From positions 1,856,001-1,920,000 of the forward strand of contig OY821645.1 of assembly GCA_963682135.1 (NCBI GenBank): 64,000 nt of DNA. Reading direction: 5' to 3'. Below the pieces are notes generated by a model. It did not search any database, had not been told where the DNA came from, and saw only the letters and a program-made list of their open reading frames with translations. The position numbers and the translations under genes were made by a program. Positions 1 through 10,752 of this stretch are shown piece by piece. This DNA is from Methanothrix sp. GTDB lineage: Archaea > Halobacteriota > Methanosarcinia > Methanotrichales > Methanotrichaceae. Positions within the stretch are counted from its first letter, which is position 1; each line of letters starts with the position of its first letter.

Positions 1-434
1 ATGCCCGTCCAGGGTGTGAAGGCATGGGCCGGTCCCAGCAGGCCGCCCGCCTCAATAACATGATCGGCAATTTCAGCGCCGTTCAAATGCAGTCTCGGCC
101 TTCCGTCGCTCGACAGGTTCGTAGAGTGGGGGGCAAAGGACTCCTGTAGCTGCTCCGCCTGGGCAGTATCCGGCAGAAAGATAAGATGATGAACGCGACT
201 GCTATCCTCCACCTCCACGCTGAGGACAAAATAAGTATCTCCCTGGAGAAAGAGCCCGTCGTCCTCGGGAAGCTTCTTTATGGCATCCAGCCACAGAGGA
301 TGCAGGCAGTCCCCCGTGGCCACAATCTTCACACCTTTGCGCGCCGCCTCTCTGGCAATCTCAGGCAGCTGCATATCAGCGGAGACGGCCATCGAGTACT
401 TGGAATGGATATGAAGATCGAGATTTATAAGCAT
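1..434 (-). CDS. PHP-domain protein of the TIGR00375/endonuclease Q family, 5' part only (runs off the window)
   Basis: Not in the ORF track. Manual translation from ATG at 434 gives MLINLDLHIHSKYSMAVS...VATGDCLHP...VEVED..RVHHLI...DGRP...PAHAFTPW, which carries the PHP metal motifs of this family. Confidence 0.85.
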   Translation of the reverse strand, partial: MLINLDLHIHSKYSMAVSADMQLPEIAREAARKGVKIVATGDCLHPLWLDAIKKLPEDDGLFLQGDTYFVLSVEVEDSSRVHHLIFLPDTAQAEQLQESFAPHSTNLSSDGRPRLHLNGAEIADHVIEAGGLLGPAHAFTPWTG

Positions 435-494
435 CGTTTTTAGTTCTCCGCACGGGGATAAACCCTTTATGCTTGACGATATATTTTATGGGCC

Positions 495-1274
495 GTGCAA
501 GAGAGACTGAGAGACCTGTTGCAATGCTTTGCCCGGGGGGAGATGGACCTGGAAGAAGCTTTGCGGCTTATCAAACGCCAGAGCTTCCTGGCGGTAGGAG
601 ATGTGGCAAAGCTGGACATCTGCCGGGCGGATCGCATCGGCATTCCAGAGGCCATTCTCGCCGAAGGAAAGGATAAAGCAGATCTTGTGGCCATCTCCCT
701 GGCTCACCTGCAGGCTACCGGCAGTGTGATCATCACCCGCATCTCGCCGCAGCAGCTGGAGCTCCTGCAGTCCGTAAAACTGCCTGAGGGGAGTATGCTG
801 GAGCACAACTCAAAGGCCAGGACGGTGGTCATTCGCTCTGCAACGCCGCAGGCCAAAAGAGGATTGGTGGGCATCCTGGCGGCTGGCACTGCCGACATGC
901 CGGTCGCTGAGGAAGCACGTGTGGTAGCAGAGGAGATGGGATGCGATGTCATCTCGGAGTACGACGTAGGAGTGGCTGGCATTCACAGGCTCTTTCCCTG
1001 CCTGGAGAGGATGGCAGATGTCGATGTCTTTGTAGTGGCAGCCGGACGGGAAGGGACGCTGCCGGCGGTTGTGGCAGGGCTGGTAGAAGCTCCGGTTATA
1101 GGACTGCCTGTATCTACCGGCTATGGTCTGGGCGGAGGCGGCCAGGCAGCCCTTTACTCCATGCTGCAGTCCTGCTCAGTCCTGACTGTGGTCAATATAG
1201 ATGCAGGCTTTGTAGCCGGCGCCTATGCTGCAAAGATTGCCAGACAAAAAGCATATGGACAAAAACAGTCATAA
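495..1274 (+). CDS. larB: LarB-family (PurE/AIR-carboxylase-related) protein, nickel pincer cofactor biosynthesis
   Basis: R...GIPEAILAEGK, AGTADMPVAEEA, DVGVAGIHRL, AGREGTLP, PVSTGYG and VVNIDAGF motifs. Confidence 0.85.
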   Translation: MQERLRDLLQCFARGEMDLEEALRLIKRQSFLAVGDVAKLDICRADRIGIPEAILAEGKDKADLVAISLAHLQATGSVIITRISPQQLELLQSVKLPEGSMLEHNSKARTVVIRSATPQAKRGLVGILAAGTADMPVAEEARVVAEEMGCDVISEYDVGVAGIHRLFPCLERMADVDVFVVAAGREGTLPAVVAGLVEAPVIGLPVSTGYGLGGGGQAALYSMLQSCSVLTVVNIDAGFVAGAYAAKIARQKAYGQKQS

Positions 1275-1722
1275 ATTATTGCCAGAAAAGTATTTATACG
1301 ATCAACAGATTGTTGTGATGAGAGCGGGTACACACATCTTTTTCACTAACCCCCACTCCCCTACCCGCTCGTCAATTATCATACATAAATAATCCTAAGC
1401 ATTATGATAATTGTAGTGTCCCGAAAGTGTGTCGTCCTGAGAGTTTCGGGACTCTACAGATGCTTTTTTTATCAAAATGCTATATATTTTAATTCTATTA
1501 CCAAGATGTCCTGATCTTTTCTCCCGGCATCGTCCGAGGCAATCTAACATTTTTGCGTCACTGGATAAAGATGCCATATCAGCAACTTCATAATTGCTCA
1601 GCGACCCATCCCGGCAAATGATATGAGTCATATAGGCTATTTCCATTACTCCTGTATTAATGATTCTCACATTTTTAACTGCAAACTGCAATCCTGGGCT
1701 GCGGGGTCTGATGCTATTGTTC

Positions 1723-4700
1723 TCATACATCATCCAAAGAGCACGAAGTGCAGACAGGAGCGGAACTGACCCATCCGCTCCCATCCAATTCTCCGCTGCA
1801 TATATACTCAGACTGATCCAGACCCCAATCAGGCGGACTCCAACCTGAAGAATCCCTTACCGAAGGCAGGTCTCCCACATTTATAGCCGCACTTACGTCT
1901 GCCACAGACGACCCTGATCCATCTACCGCATAGACCTCGATATGGGCTTGGTTGACAAACCGTCCGCCGTTTACAGCCTGAACCCGATAATCTATAACCG
2001 CAATCTTCCCCGCCGATATATTAGCCAAGGCCCAGCTCAAATTATCGGCAATCGGCTCAGGCTGGATGGAAGAGTTGATGAACCTCAATCCATCCGGCAG
2101 GATATCTATAACCCTGGCCACCATAGGGCACTCCATATCGTTCTTGATCCCGATCCTGTACCGTATCAGTCGAGGATCACCTGGATCCATACTGGCAATC
2201 TTGTAAGCCCTCAGCTTCTGCTCACAGCATGGCAGCCAGGCAAATTCGTTAACCGTGAAGTTACTGGCCGTCACATAATGGTCATCGTAGTAACCCAGGG
2301 CATACACCCGGTTCACCATCTGATCTCTCTGATCGGTCACATTCAGGTTGAGGTTGATGCTCAAAGTCTGGCCGATGGACATGTATACAAAGGTCCAGTT
2401 GGCCAGGCGAGTTTCAAGCTGATAGGGCTCGACCGAAGAGTTGATGTATCCCGTCCCGACCGGGAACAGGTCCTTGACGTACACCGGCCCCAGAGCCTTG
2501 TTGCCATCGTTCTGTACAGTGATGGTATAGCTGGCCACTGTAATGTTGGTGATAGGATTGTAAATGATATTGCCGGTCTTCATCAGAGATAGATGAGGCC
2601 GGTCGTACTTCGAGACACCCGTCAGATGGATCTTCCTCTCGATCTGGTACTCGCCTGCGTAGACCTCTGCCAGGTCCACCTCATCCTTCAAAACAGCCCT
2701 GAAGGTTCCTATGCCTGAGTAGTTGATCCTGGAATCCAGATCGTTCAGTCCTCCTGCCACAGTCTCCGCCTGAATATAATCTGCTCCCGAGATCTCTTCG
2801 CTGATCAGACTCCCCTCTTTATCCCTGGGATTGCTTGACTCTCTGCTCCTGGACCAGACACCCTCAGCCCATTTGAGCGAGCTTCCAGACAACGGTCCGC
2901 TCTTGAAGCTGCTGAATCCAGGTGAATAGCTGTAATTAGCCGGAGCACGTGTAGCCTGCAAGTCCTTGGCCACAAAGCTCTCCGGAGTTCTGATAAGCTC
3001 ATCGCTCTTGTAGCTTCCAGCACCGTACTCATATGTCCTCTGGCTTTCTCGGATACTCTTGTCGCTTGAGACAAAACCTGAACCTGAGGCGGATTTGTTA
3101 GAGATCACGTTCGAGCCATACTCCCTAACAGTCTCGTTCAGATGGAATTCGCCCGAGTAGATCTCGGTGCCTTCGAATATTGGAGCAGCTTTGGGAAGAT
3201 CGTCCGGTCCAGACTTCTTAAGCGTTCCAATATGGCCGTTACCCAGGAAGTGAGAATCGGTAGCCAGAATAGATCTGTTTTCATCCAGATAAATTGAACT
3301 ATCCTTGATTATGCTGTTAGCATACAAGTACCTCTCGTCAAGAGATGCTCCGGTACGTTCATTCATGGCCAGGTCCGCCTCGGACCATCGGGAAGTAAAG
3401 TTCATCAACCTGCCTTTGGGCAGACTGAACGATGTAGGTGCATAATTGGCAGCCAGGTTGGAATCGACCTGAATGGTCTTATTGCTGGTTATGATTCTGG
3501 TCTGACCCTCACGGGAGTACGAGCCGCTTCCGCTTTCGATCTGGGTCAGAGTGGTTCCCGCTTGGTCGGCAACTTCGACCGAAGCTGAAGAGGAAACAGG
3601 ATTGGCTTCGGCACAGGACAGGACTGCAACATTGGTCAGGCTGTAAGGTTCAAATCCGGTGTCCATATTCCTGTAAGTATTGACGAACCCGGTTCCTTTG
3701 GCCCTCTCCTGGCTGTAGAAGGTCATATTCATCTTTTCAGGTACCTTCAGGCAAACGGTTATAGTGCCTTTCGTACCGGCAGGCAGCTCACCTATGGTCC
3801 AGTGGTTTTCTGTGATAGAATCAGGTTCTGGTATGCTGTATATGAACGTGGTTCCAGCCGGATATCTATCTGCAACCTCTACGCCGGTCAGATTGGCTTC
3901 GCCGGGATTCCAGTATGTTATGCTGTAGCAGACCGTTCCGCCAGGCAAGACCTGATTTGAGTCGGCAGTCTTGATAATATGGGGTTCTGGAGTGACTACC
4001 TCGATGTTCCCAACGGTTGTGATGACCTTTACCTCAGCTACAGAAGAAGTCCCCTTCACGAACAAATTGACATTAGCGGTCCCAAGGAAGCTTGGATCTG
4101 CATTAGTTGTTACAGTTATCGAACCTGACTGTATTGGGAGGTTGGGGCCAGATGAGCCCACATTGTTTGCCTCCGTTGAAACTGCAGCCAGAGGCAGGCT
4201 GTTCCAGATGAGAGTAGTGGTGCCGTTGGGATTGTTGACGACGATATCCTGTTTCGGGCTGGCTGAGATGAAGTTGATTCCTGCAGGAAGGGTGAGGGTT
4301 ACCCGGACCGTATTCACCACGGTCTCACCTATATTGTCGATTGCGGCTGTGAATGTAACAGTTGAGCCGGGAGTGGTAACCGGCGGGTCAACTACGAGGG
4401 CAGCCTGAAGGGCCTCGACCAGGTTGCGGTTGCCGAAGTCCTTGCTCCCGATATTGAAATCGGTGACATGAACCTCATAGATTTTGGAAGCTGGAGCAGT
4501 CTGAATCCAATTATCCCGGAGTACCTCGCTCAGGATATAGTCGCCTGGAGCAACTCCATGGAACCTATAAGAACCGTCCGGACCTGATTTTGTGGAAACC
4601 ATTTGGCCTGTGTCCTTGTTCTTAAGCTCGATAGTCCAGCCTGATAATCCGGGCTCTGCGGCTGCAGCGCCCTGCTGACCGTCTCCATCGGCATCCTTCC

Positions 4701-7700
4701 AGAGCCGGCCGCTCAATGACTGCGATTTGATTGCATTGGAGCATGATGCCACATTATTATCGCTATTTGTGTCAGTGCTGGAAGAGGTGATTGAAGCAGT
4801 GTTCTGACCGACCGCGGTAACATCTTTGGATACATCGGCATAGATCTCGACGGTCTTGGAGCCGCCTTTCGCTATATCATTCAGATCCAGAGAACCGGTC
4901 CAGGGATTGAGGGCAACATCATCGAGCATATACTTGATATTGCTCAAGCCGCCGGTTGGAGTTGTAACCGGCATGTCATCTGTCAAGATTACGTCGGCGG
5001 CTCCGCTGGGACCGTTGTTAGCCACTGTTATGGTGTAAGCATTCTGATTATCTACTCCTGCAGTCAGATCGTGACAAATTTTTGTCACAGACAGATCGGA
5101 GCGAACCAGGACTGTGTTGGTACAGGCTTGCGCATTATTATTGTTGGCATTTGGATCGGTGCTGCTAGATATAATCCAAGCGTTACTCTGGCCAACGGAA
5201 GTAACATCAGAAGATACATCCGCATAGATTTCTAACGTCCTGGTCTGACCGCTAGCCATATTGCCCAGATCGAGATTGCCCGTCCAGGCAGGAAGAGAAG
5301 CGCCATCGAGCGTATAATGGATGTTTTTAAATCCTCCGGCGGGCGTCGTGTCCGGAAGAGTATCTGCCAGGCTTGCTCCAGTGGCAACGCTTGGGCCATT
5401 ATTGGTTATTGTTACTGTGCAGGCATTCTGGTCATCCTGTCCAGCGACCAGATCGTGGCAGACCATTGTCATGGAAAGATCGGATTTCGCCAGGATGGTA
5501 TTGGAACAGGATGCCGCATTATTGCCCGTATTCAGATCTGGGCTAATGGAGGTAACCGACGCGCTGCTCTGGCCAACGGAAGTAACATCAGAAGATACAT
5601 CCGCATAGATTTCTAACGTCTTGGTCTGGCCGCTAGCCATATTGCCCAGATCGAGATTGCCCGTCCAGGCAGGAAGAGAAGCGCCATCGAGCGTATAATG
5701 GATGTTTTTAAATCCTCCGGCGGGCGTCGTGTCCGGAAGAGTATCTGCCAGGCTTGCTCCAGTGGCAACGCTTGGGCCATTATTGGTTATTGTTACTGTG
5801 CAGGCATTCTGGTCATCCTGTCCAGCGACCAGATCGTGGCAGACCATTGTCATGGAAAGATCGGATTTCGCCAGGATGGTATTGGAACAGGATGCCGCAT
5901 TATTGCCCGTATTCAGATCTTGGCTAATGGAGGTAACCGACGCGCTGCTCTGGCCAACGGAAGTAACATCAGAAGATACATCCGCATAGATTTCTAACGT
6001 CTTGGTCTGGCCGCTAGCCATATTGCCCAGATCGAGATTGCCCGTCCAGGCAGGAAGAGAAGCGCCATCGAGCGTATAATGGATGTTTTTAAATCCTCCG
6101 GCGGGCGTCGTGTCCGGAAGAGTATCTGCCAGGCTTACTCCAGTGGCAACGCTTGGGCCATTATTGGTTATTGTTACTGTGCAGGCATTCTGGTCATCCT
6201 GTCCAGCGGTCAGATCGTGGCAGACCATTGTCATGGAAAGATCGGATTTCACCAGGATGGTATTGGAACAGGATGCCGCATTATTGCCCGTATTCAGATC
6301 TGGGCTAATGGAGGTAACCGACGCGCTACTCTGGCCAACGGAAGTAACATCAGAAGATACATCCGCATAGATTTCTAACGTCCTGGTCTGGCCGCTAGCC
6401 ATATTGCCCAGATCGAGATTGCCCGTCCAGGCAGGAAGAGAAGCGCCATCGAGCGTATACTGGATGTTTTCAAATCCTCCGGCGGGCGTCGTGTCCGGAA
6501 GAGTATCTGCCAGGCTTACTCCAGTGGCAATGCTTGGGCCATTATTGGTTATTGTTACTGTGCAGGCATTCTGGTCATCCTGTCCAGCGACCAGATCGTG
6601 GCAGACCATTGTCACAGAGAGATCGGATTTCGCCAGGATGGTATTGGAACAGGATGCCGCATTATTGCCCGTATTCAGATCTGGGCTAATGGAGGTAACC
6701 GACGCGCTGCTCTGGCCAACGGAAGTAACATCAGAAGATACATCCGCATAGATTTCTAACGTCTTGGTCTGGCCGCTAGCCATATTGCCCAGATCGAGAT
6801 TGCCCGTCCAGGCAGGAAGAGAAGCGCCATCGAGCGTATAATGGATGTTTTTAAATCCTCCGGCGGGCGTCGTGTCCGGAAGAGTATCTGCCAGGCTTAC
6901 TCCAGTGGCAATGCTTGGGCCATTATTGGTTATTGTTACTGTGCAGGCATTCTGGTCATCCTGTCCAGCGACCAGATCGTGGCAGACCATTGTCATGGAA
7001 AGATCGGATTTCGCCAGGATGGTATTGGAACAGGATGCCGCATTATTGCCCGTATTCAGATCTTGGCTAATGGAGGTAACCGACGCGCTGCTCTGGCCAA
7101 CGGAAGTAACATCATAAGATACATCCGCATAGATTTCTAACGTCTTGGTCTGGCCGCTAGCCATATTGCCCAGATCGAGATTGCCCGTCCAGGCAGGAAG
7201 AGAAGCGCCATCGAGCGTATAATGGATGTTTTTAAATCCTCCGGCGGGCGTCGTGTCCGGAAGAGTATCTGCCAGGCTTACTCCAGTGGCAACGCTTGGG
7301 CCATTATTGGTTATTGTTACTGTGCAGGCATTCTGGTCATCCTGTCCAGCGGTCAGATCGTGGCAGACCATTGTCATGGAAAGATCGGATTTCACCAGGA
7401 TGGTATTGGAACAGGATGCCGCATTATTGCCCGTATTCAGATCTGGGCTAATGGAGGTAACCGACGCGCTGCTCTGGCCAACGGAAGCAACATCAGAAGA
7501 TACATCCGCATAGATTTCTAACGTCCTGGTCTGGCCGCTAGCCATATTGCCCAGATCGAGATTGCCAGTCCAGGCAGGAAGAGAAGCGCCATCGAGCGTA
7601 TAATGGATGTTTTTAAATCCACCGGCGGGCGTCGTGTCCGGAAGAGTATCTGCCAGGCTTACTCCAGTGGCAATGCTTGGGCCATTATTGGTTATTGTTA

Positions 7701-10700
7701 CTGTGCAGGCATTCTGGTCATCCTGTCCAGCGGTCAGATCGTGGCAGACCATTGTCACAGAGAGATCGGATTTCACCAGGATGGTATTGGAGCAGGATGC
7801 CGCATTATTGCCCGTATTCAGATCTTGGCTAATGGAGGTAACCGACGCGCTGCTCTGGCCAACGGAAGTAACATCATAAGATACATCCGCATAGATTTCT
7901 AACGTCCTGGTCTGGCCGCTAGCCATATTGCCCAGATCGAGATTGCCAGTCCAGGCAGGAAGAGAAGCGCCATCGAGCGTATAATGGATGTTTTTAAATC
8001 CACCGGCGGGCGTCGTGTCCGGAAGAGTATCTGCCAGGCTTACTCCAGTGGCAATGCTTGGGCCATTATTGGTTATTGTTACTGTGCAGGCATTCTGGTC
8101 ATCCTGTCCAGCGGTCAGATCGTGGCAGACCATTGTCACAGAGAGATCGGATTTCACCAGGATGGTATTGGAGCAGGATGCCGCATTATTGCCCGTATTC
8201 AGATCTTGGCTAATGGAGGTAACCGACGCGCTGCTCTGGCCAACGGAAGTAACATCATAAGATACATCCGCATAGATTTCTAACGTCCTGGTCTGGCCGC
8301 TAGCCATATTGCCCAGATCGAGATTGCCAGTCCAGGCAGGAAGAGAAGCGCCATCGAGCGTATAATGGATGTTTTTAAATCCACCGGCGGGCGTCGTGTC
8401 CGGAAGAGTATCTGCCAGGCTTACTCCAGTGGCAATGCTTGGGCCATTATTGGTTATTGTTACTGTGCAGGCATTCTGGTCATCCTGTCCAGCGGTCAGA
8501 TCGTGGCAGACCATTGTCACAGAGAGATCGGATTTCACCAGGATGGTATTGGAGCAGGATGCCGCATTATTGCCCGTATTCAGATCTTGGCTAATGGAGG
8601 TAACCGACGCGCTGCTCTGGCCAACGGAAGTAACATCAGAAGATACATCCGCATAGATTTCTAACGTCCTGGTCTGGCCGCTAGCCATATTGCCCAGATC
8701 GAGATTGCCAGTCCAGGCAGGAAGAGAAGCGCCATCGAGCGTATAATGGATGTTTTTAAATCCACCGGCGGGCGTCGTGTCCGGAAGAGTATCTGCCAGG
8801 CTTACTCCAGTGGCAATGCTTGGGCCATTATTGGTTATTGTTACTGTGCAGGCATTCTGGTCATCCTGTCCAGCGGTCAGATCGTGGCAGACCATTGTCA
8901 TGGAAAGATCGGAATTCGCCAGGATGGTATTGGAACAGGATGCCGCATTATTGCCCGTATTCAGATCTTGGCTAATGGAGGTAACCGACGCGCTGCTCTG
9001 GCCAACGGAAGTAACATCAGAAGATACATCCGTATAGATTTCTAACGTCTTGGTCTGGCCGCTAGCCATATTGCCCAGATCGAGATTGCCAGTCCAGGCT
9101 GGAAGAGAAGCGCCATCGAGCGTATACTGGATGTTTTTAAATCCTCCGGCGGGCGTCGTGTCCGGAAGAGTATCTGCCAGGCTTGCTCCAGTGGCAATGC
9201 TTGGGCCATTATTGGTTATTGTTACTGTGCAGGCATTCTGGTCATCCTGTCCAGCGGTCAGATCGTGGCAGACCATTGTCACAGAGAGATCGGAATTCAT
9301 CGAGACGGTTATCTTCTGGTCACATGTTGCTGAATTTCCGGCTGCATCTCTGGCGGTCCAGGTTACAGTAGTAGTCCCTACGGGATATTGGTTATTCGCT
9401 GGTGCATTATTGGTAATTGAAGCTACACCTACATTATCGCTGGCAGTTGCTGTTCCGAGGTCTGTGATGGTCGCATAGTCCTTATTGGTATCACTGAAGA
9501 CCGCCTTATCCCCCGGGCAGGCTATATAGGGTTTAAGGCAATCATTTACCGTCAGAGTCGCTTCTGCCGAGTCTATGCCGCAGCCAGTACTCGTATAGCT
9601 GACTTTAACTCTGTACTTGCTGCCGCTATCCGCCAGAGTGGGTGAATTGATAGTTAGCGATGCACCTTTCGCTTCTGAGAGGTCTGAATAACCAGATCCG
9701 GTGTTTTTTTGCCACTGGTAACGATACTGACCGGAATCGGTCGGATTCATTCCGACGCTGAAAGTGACGGGACTGGACTCACAAACGGCCTGGGATTGAG
9801 GCTCAGATGATATCGCAGGTTGAGGGAGCACGGTGAAGATACCAGTAGCCGTACAGGTGCCAGAGGTAACGGTGTACTGATAAGTGCCTGCCGCATTCAT
9901 ATTAACAGCAGCATGTCCAAACACGGGCGTGCAGGTCCCCGTGCATCCGGCACCCTTGCTTATAAAGAACTGATCCCAATCAGATATAGTTGTGCCCTGA
10001 CAAACACTGATTGTTGGTGCACTGACGCAGCAGGGACTGGCTATAGTCTGCTTCGCAAATCTCTGGCTATGAGCTGTCACATGACAGTTTGTATGCTCCT
10101 CACACGAAGCATCAGAAGAAATCACGAGAAGCTTAAAGGTAAGCACTGGTCCGCCTCCCGGCCCATTCAATACTAGTGGCTGGCCGCACGGCCAGGAGAC
10201 CGGAATCGGTACAGTCCTTATCACGGGGGTACCAAAGCCCTTTCCAGGAATATCCGGAAGACCCACCCTATATTTTTCATCAGAGTCTATTGCGTTATTG
10301 CCGTTTTTATCTATCCCGAATAGGAAAAAGAGATTAGTAAATCCACCCGTATTCGAGTTTTTTATGTCAATAGTGAGATAAGCGGAAGCGAGCCCGTTCT
10401 GACATGTGACGCATGAGACGGGGTTGCCATTACTATTTGTTATTTTATAAGAGGTAATCTCTATATTTCCAAAACTGCCGGTATGAGAGCAATCATAATA
10501 ATTTCCAGGACCAGGATTAATGGCGCATGGATACATCATTATTGCAGCGGCTGGGCTTATGGACAACAAAATAAAAACAAGTGCAATAAAGACGATCCAA
10601 TTGCCTGGGCACTTCAATAGGCGTTGCGCATTATATGCACAGCATGCCGAAGCTCTGCCCAACAGTTCCTTTTCATATTTATGGGGATCTGTAGCTTTAT

Positions 10701-10752
10701 CTGTAGCTCTCCCAAGAATCCCTGGGATATAACGAGATGGCGATATCATCAT
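1723..10752 (-). CDS. Giant secreted surface/adhesin-like protein: Ig-like and HYR-like domains, 12 tandem DUF11 repeats, SdrD-B-like domain, further DUF11 domains
   Basis: 3009-aa ORF with a signal-like segment WIVFIALVFILLSISPAAA ~50 aa in (true start uncertain). HYR-like ATASDNVG...YPVGTTTVTWTARDAAGN, repeated DLS.T...TITNNGPS.A..DTLP, and SdrD-like SGRLWKDADGDG. Confidence 0.9.
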   Translation of the reverse strand: MMISPSRYIPGILGRATDKATDPHKYEKELLGRASACCAYNAQRLLKCPGNWIVFIALVFILLSISPAAAIMMYPCAINPGPGNYYDCSHTGSFGNIEITSYKITNSNGNPVSCVTCQNGLASAYLTIDIKNSNTGGFTNLFFLFGIDKNGNNAIDSDEKYRVGLPDIPGKGFGTPVIRTVPIPVSWPCGQPLVLNGPGGGPVLTFKLLVISSDASCEEHTNCHVTAHSQRFAKQTIASPCCVSAPTISVCQGTTISDWDQFFISKGAGCTGTCTPVFGHAAVNMNAAGTYQYTVTSGTCTATGIFTVLPQPAISSEPQSQAVCESSPVTFSVGMNPTDSGQYRYQWQKNTGSGYSDLSEAKGASLTINSPTLADSGSKYRVKVSYTSTGCGIDSAEATLTVNDCLKPYIACPGDKAVFSDTNKDYATITDLGTATASDNVGVASITNNAPANNQYPVGTTTVTWTARDAAGNSATCDQKITVSMNSDLSVTMVCHDLTAGQDDQNACTVTITNNGPSIATGASLADTLPDTTPAGGFKNIQYTLDGASLPAWTGNLDLGNMASGQTKTLEIYTDVSSDVTSVGQSSASVTSISQDLNTGNNAASCSNTILANSDLSMTMVCHDLTAGQDDQNACTVTITNNGPSIATGVSLADTLPDTTPAGGFKNIHYTLDGASLPAWTGNLDLGNMASGQTRTLEIYADVSSDVTSVGQSSASVTSISQDLNTGNNAASCSNTILVKSDLSVTMVCHDLTAGQDDQNACTVTITNNGPSIATGVSLADTLPDTTPAGGFKNIHYTLDGASLPAWTGNLDLGNMASGQTRTLEIYADVSYDVTSVGQSSASVTSISQDLNTGNNAASCSNTILVKSDLSVTMVCHDLTAGQDDQNACTVTITNNGPSIATGVSLADTLPDTTPAGGFKNIHYTLDGASLPAWTGNLDLGNMASGQTRTLEIYADVSYDVTSVGQSSASVTSISQDLNTGNNAASCSNTILVKSDLSVTMVCHDLTAGQDDQNACTVTITNNGPSIATGVSLADTLPDTTPAGGFKNIHYTLDGASLPAWTGNLDLGNMASGQTRTLEIYADVSSDVASVGQSSASVTSISPDLNTGNNAASCSNTILVKSDLSMTMVCHDLTAGQDDQNACTVTITNNGPSVATGVSLADTLPDTTPAGGFKNIHYTLDGASLPAWTGNLDLGNMASGQTKTLEIYADVSYDVTSVGQSSASVTSISQDLNTGNNAASCSNTILAKSDLSMTMVCHDLVAGQDDQNACTVTITNNGPSIATGVSLADTLPDTTPAGGFKNIHYTLDGASLPAWTGNLDLGNMASGQTKTLEIYADVSSDVTSVGQSSASVTSISPDLNTGNNAASCSNTILAKSDLSVTMVCHDLVAGQDDQNACTVTITNNGPSIATGVSLADTLPDTTPAGGFENIQYTLDGASLPAWTGNLDLGNMASGQTRTLEIYADVSSDVTSVGQSSASVTSISPDLNTGNNAASCSNTILVKSDLSMTMVCHDLTAGQDDQNACTVTITNNGPSVATGVSLADTLPDTTPAGGFKNIHYTLDGASLPAWTGNLDLGNMASGQTKTLEIYADVSSDVTSVGQSSASVTSISQDLNTGNNAASCSNTILAKSDLSMTMVCHDLVAGQDDQNACTVTITNNGPSVATGASLADTLPDTTPAGGFKNIHYTLDGASLPAWTGNLDLGNMASGQTKTLEIYADVSSDVTSVGQSSASVTSISPDLNTGNNAASCSNTILAKSDLSMTMVCHDLVAGQDDQNACTVTITNNGPSVATGASLADTLPDTTPAGGFKNIHYTLDGASLPAWTGNLDLGNMASGQTRTLEIYADVSSDVTSVGQSNAWIISSSTDPNANNNNAQACTNTVLVRSDLSVTKICHDLTAGVDNQNAYTITVANNGPSGAADVILTDDMPVTTPTGGLSNIKYMLDDVALNPWTGSLDLNDIAKGGSKTVEIYADVSKDVTAVGQNTASITSSSTDTNSDNNVASCSNAIKSQSLSGRLWKDADGDGQQGAAAAEPGLSGWTIELKNKDTGQMVSTKSGPDGSYRFHGVAPGDYILSEVLRDNWIQTAPASKIYEVHVTDFNIGSKDFGNRNLVEALQAALVVDPPVTTPGSTVTFTAAIDNIGETVVNTVRVTLTLPAGINFISASPKQDIVVNNPNGTTTLIWNSLPLAAVSTEANNVGSSGPNLPIQSGSITVTTNADPSFLGTANVNLFVKGTSSVAEVKVITTVGNIEVVTPEPHIIKTADSNQVLPGGTVCYSITYWNPGEANLTGVEVADRYPAGTTFIYSIPEPDSITENHWTIGELPAGTKGTITVCLKVPEKMNMTFYSQERAKGTGFVNTYRNMDTGFEPYSLTNVAVLSCAEANPVSSSASVEVADQAGTTLTQIESGSGSYSREGQTRIITSNKTIQVDSNLAANYAPTSFSLPKGRLMNFTSRWSEADLAMNERTGASLDERYLYANSIIKDSSIYLDENRSILATDSHFLGNGHIGTLKKSGPDDLPKAAPIFEGTEIYSGEFHLNETVREYGSNVISNKSASGSGFVSSDKSIRESQRTYEYGAGSYKSDELIRTPESFVAKDLQATRAPANYSYSPGFSSFKSGPLSGSSLKWAEGVWSRSRESSNPRDKEGSLISEEISGADYIQAETVAGGLNDLDSRINYSGIGTFRAVLKDEVDLAEVYAGEYQIERKIHLTGVSKYDRPHLSLMKTGNIIYNPITNITVASYTITVQNDGNKALGPVYVKDLFPVGTGYINSSVEPYQLETRLANWTFVYMSIGQTLSINLNLNVTDQRDQMVNRVYALGYYDDHYVTASNFTVNEFAWLPCCEQKLRAYKIASMDPGDPRLIRYRIGIKNDMECPMVARVIDILPDGLRFINSSIQPEPIADNLSWALANISAGKIAVIDYRVQAVNGGRFVNQAHIEVYAVDGSGSSVADVSAAINVGDLPSVRDSSGWSPPDWGLDQSEYICSGELDGSGWVSSAPVCTSCSLDDV
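5110..9298. repeat. 11 near-identical tandem 381-bp (127-aa) coding repeats, followed in the protein by a diverged 12th copy (~4720-5105)
   Basis: The GGATGTTTT.AAATCC anchor recurs at 381-bp spacing (near 5317, 5698, 6079, 6460, 6841, 7222, 7603, 7984, 8365, 8746, 9127). Outer edges are approximate. Confidence 0.95.

Noticed and set aside
1395-1784. 129-aa minus-strand ORF
   Set aside because: Overlaps the giant gene end, has no recognisable motif, and lies in AT-rich intergenic DNA.
5317-9478. Series of repeated 90-140 aa plus-strand ORFs
   Set aside because: Antisense shadows of the 381-bp coding repeat.
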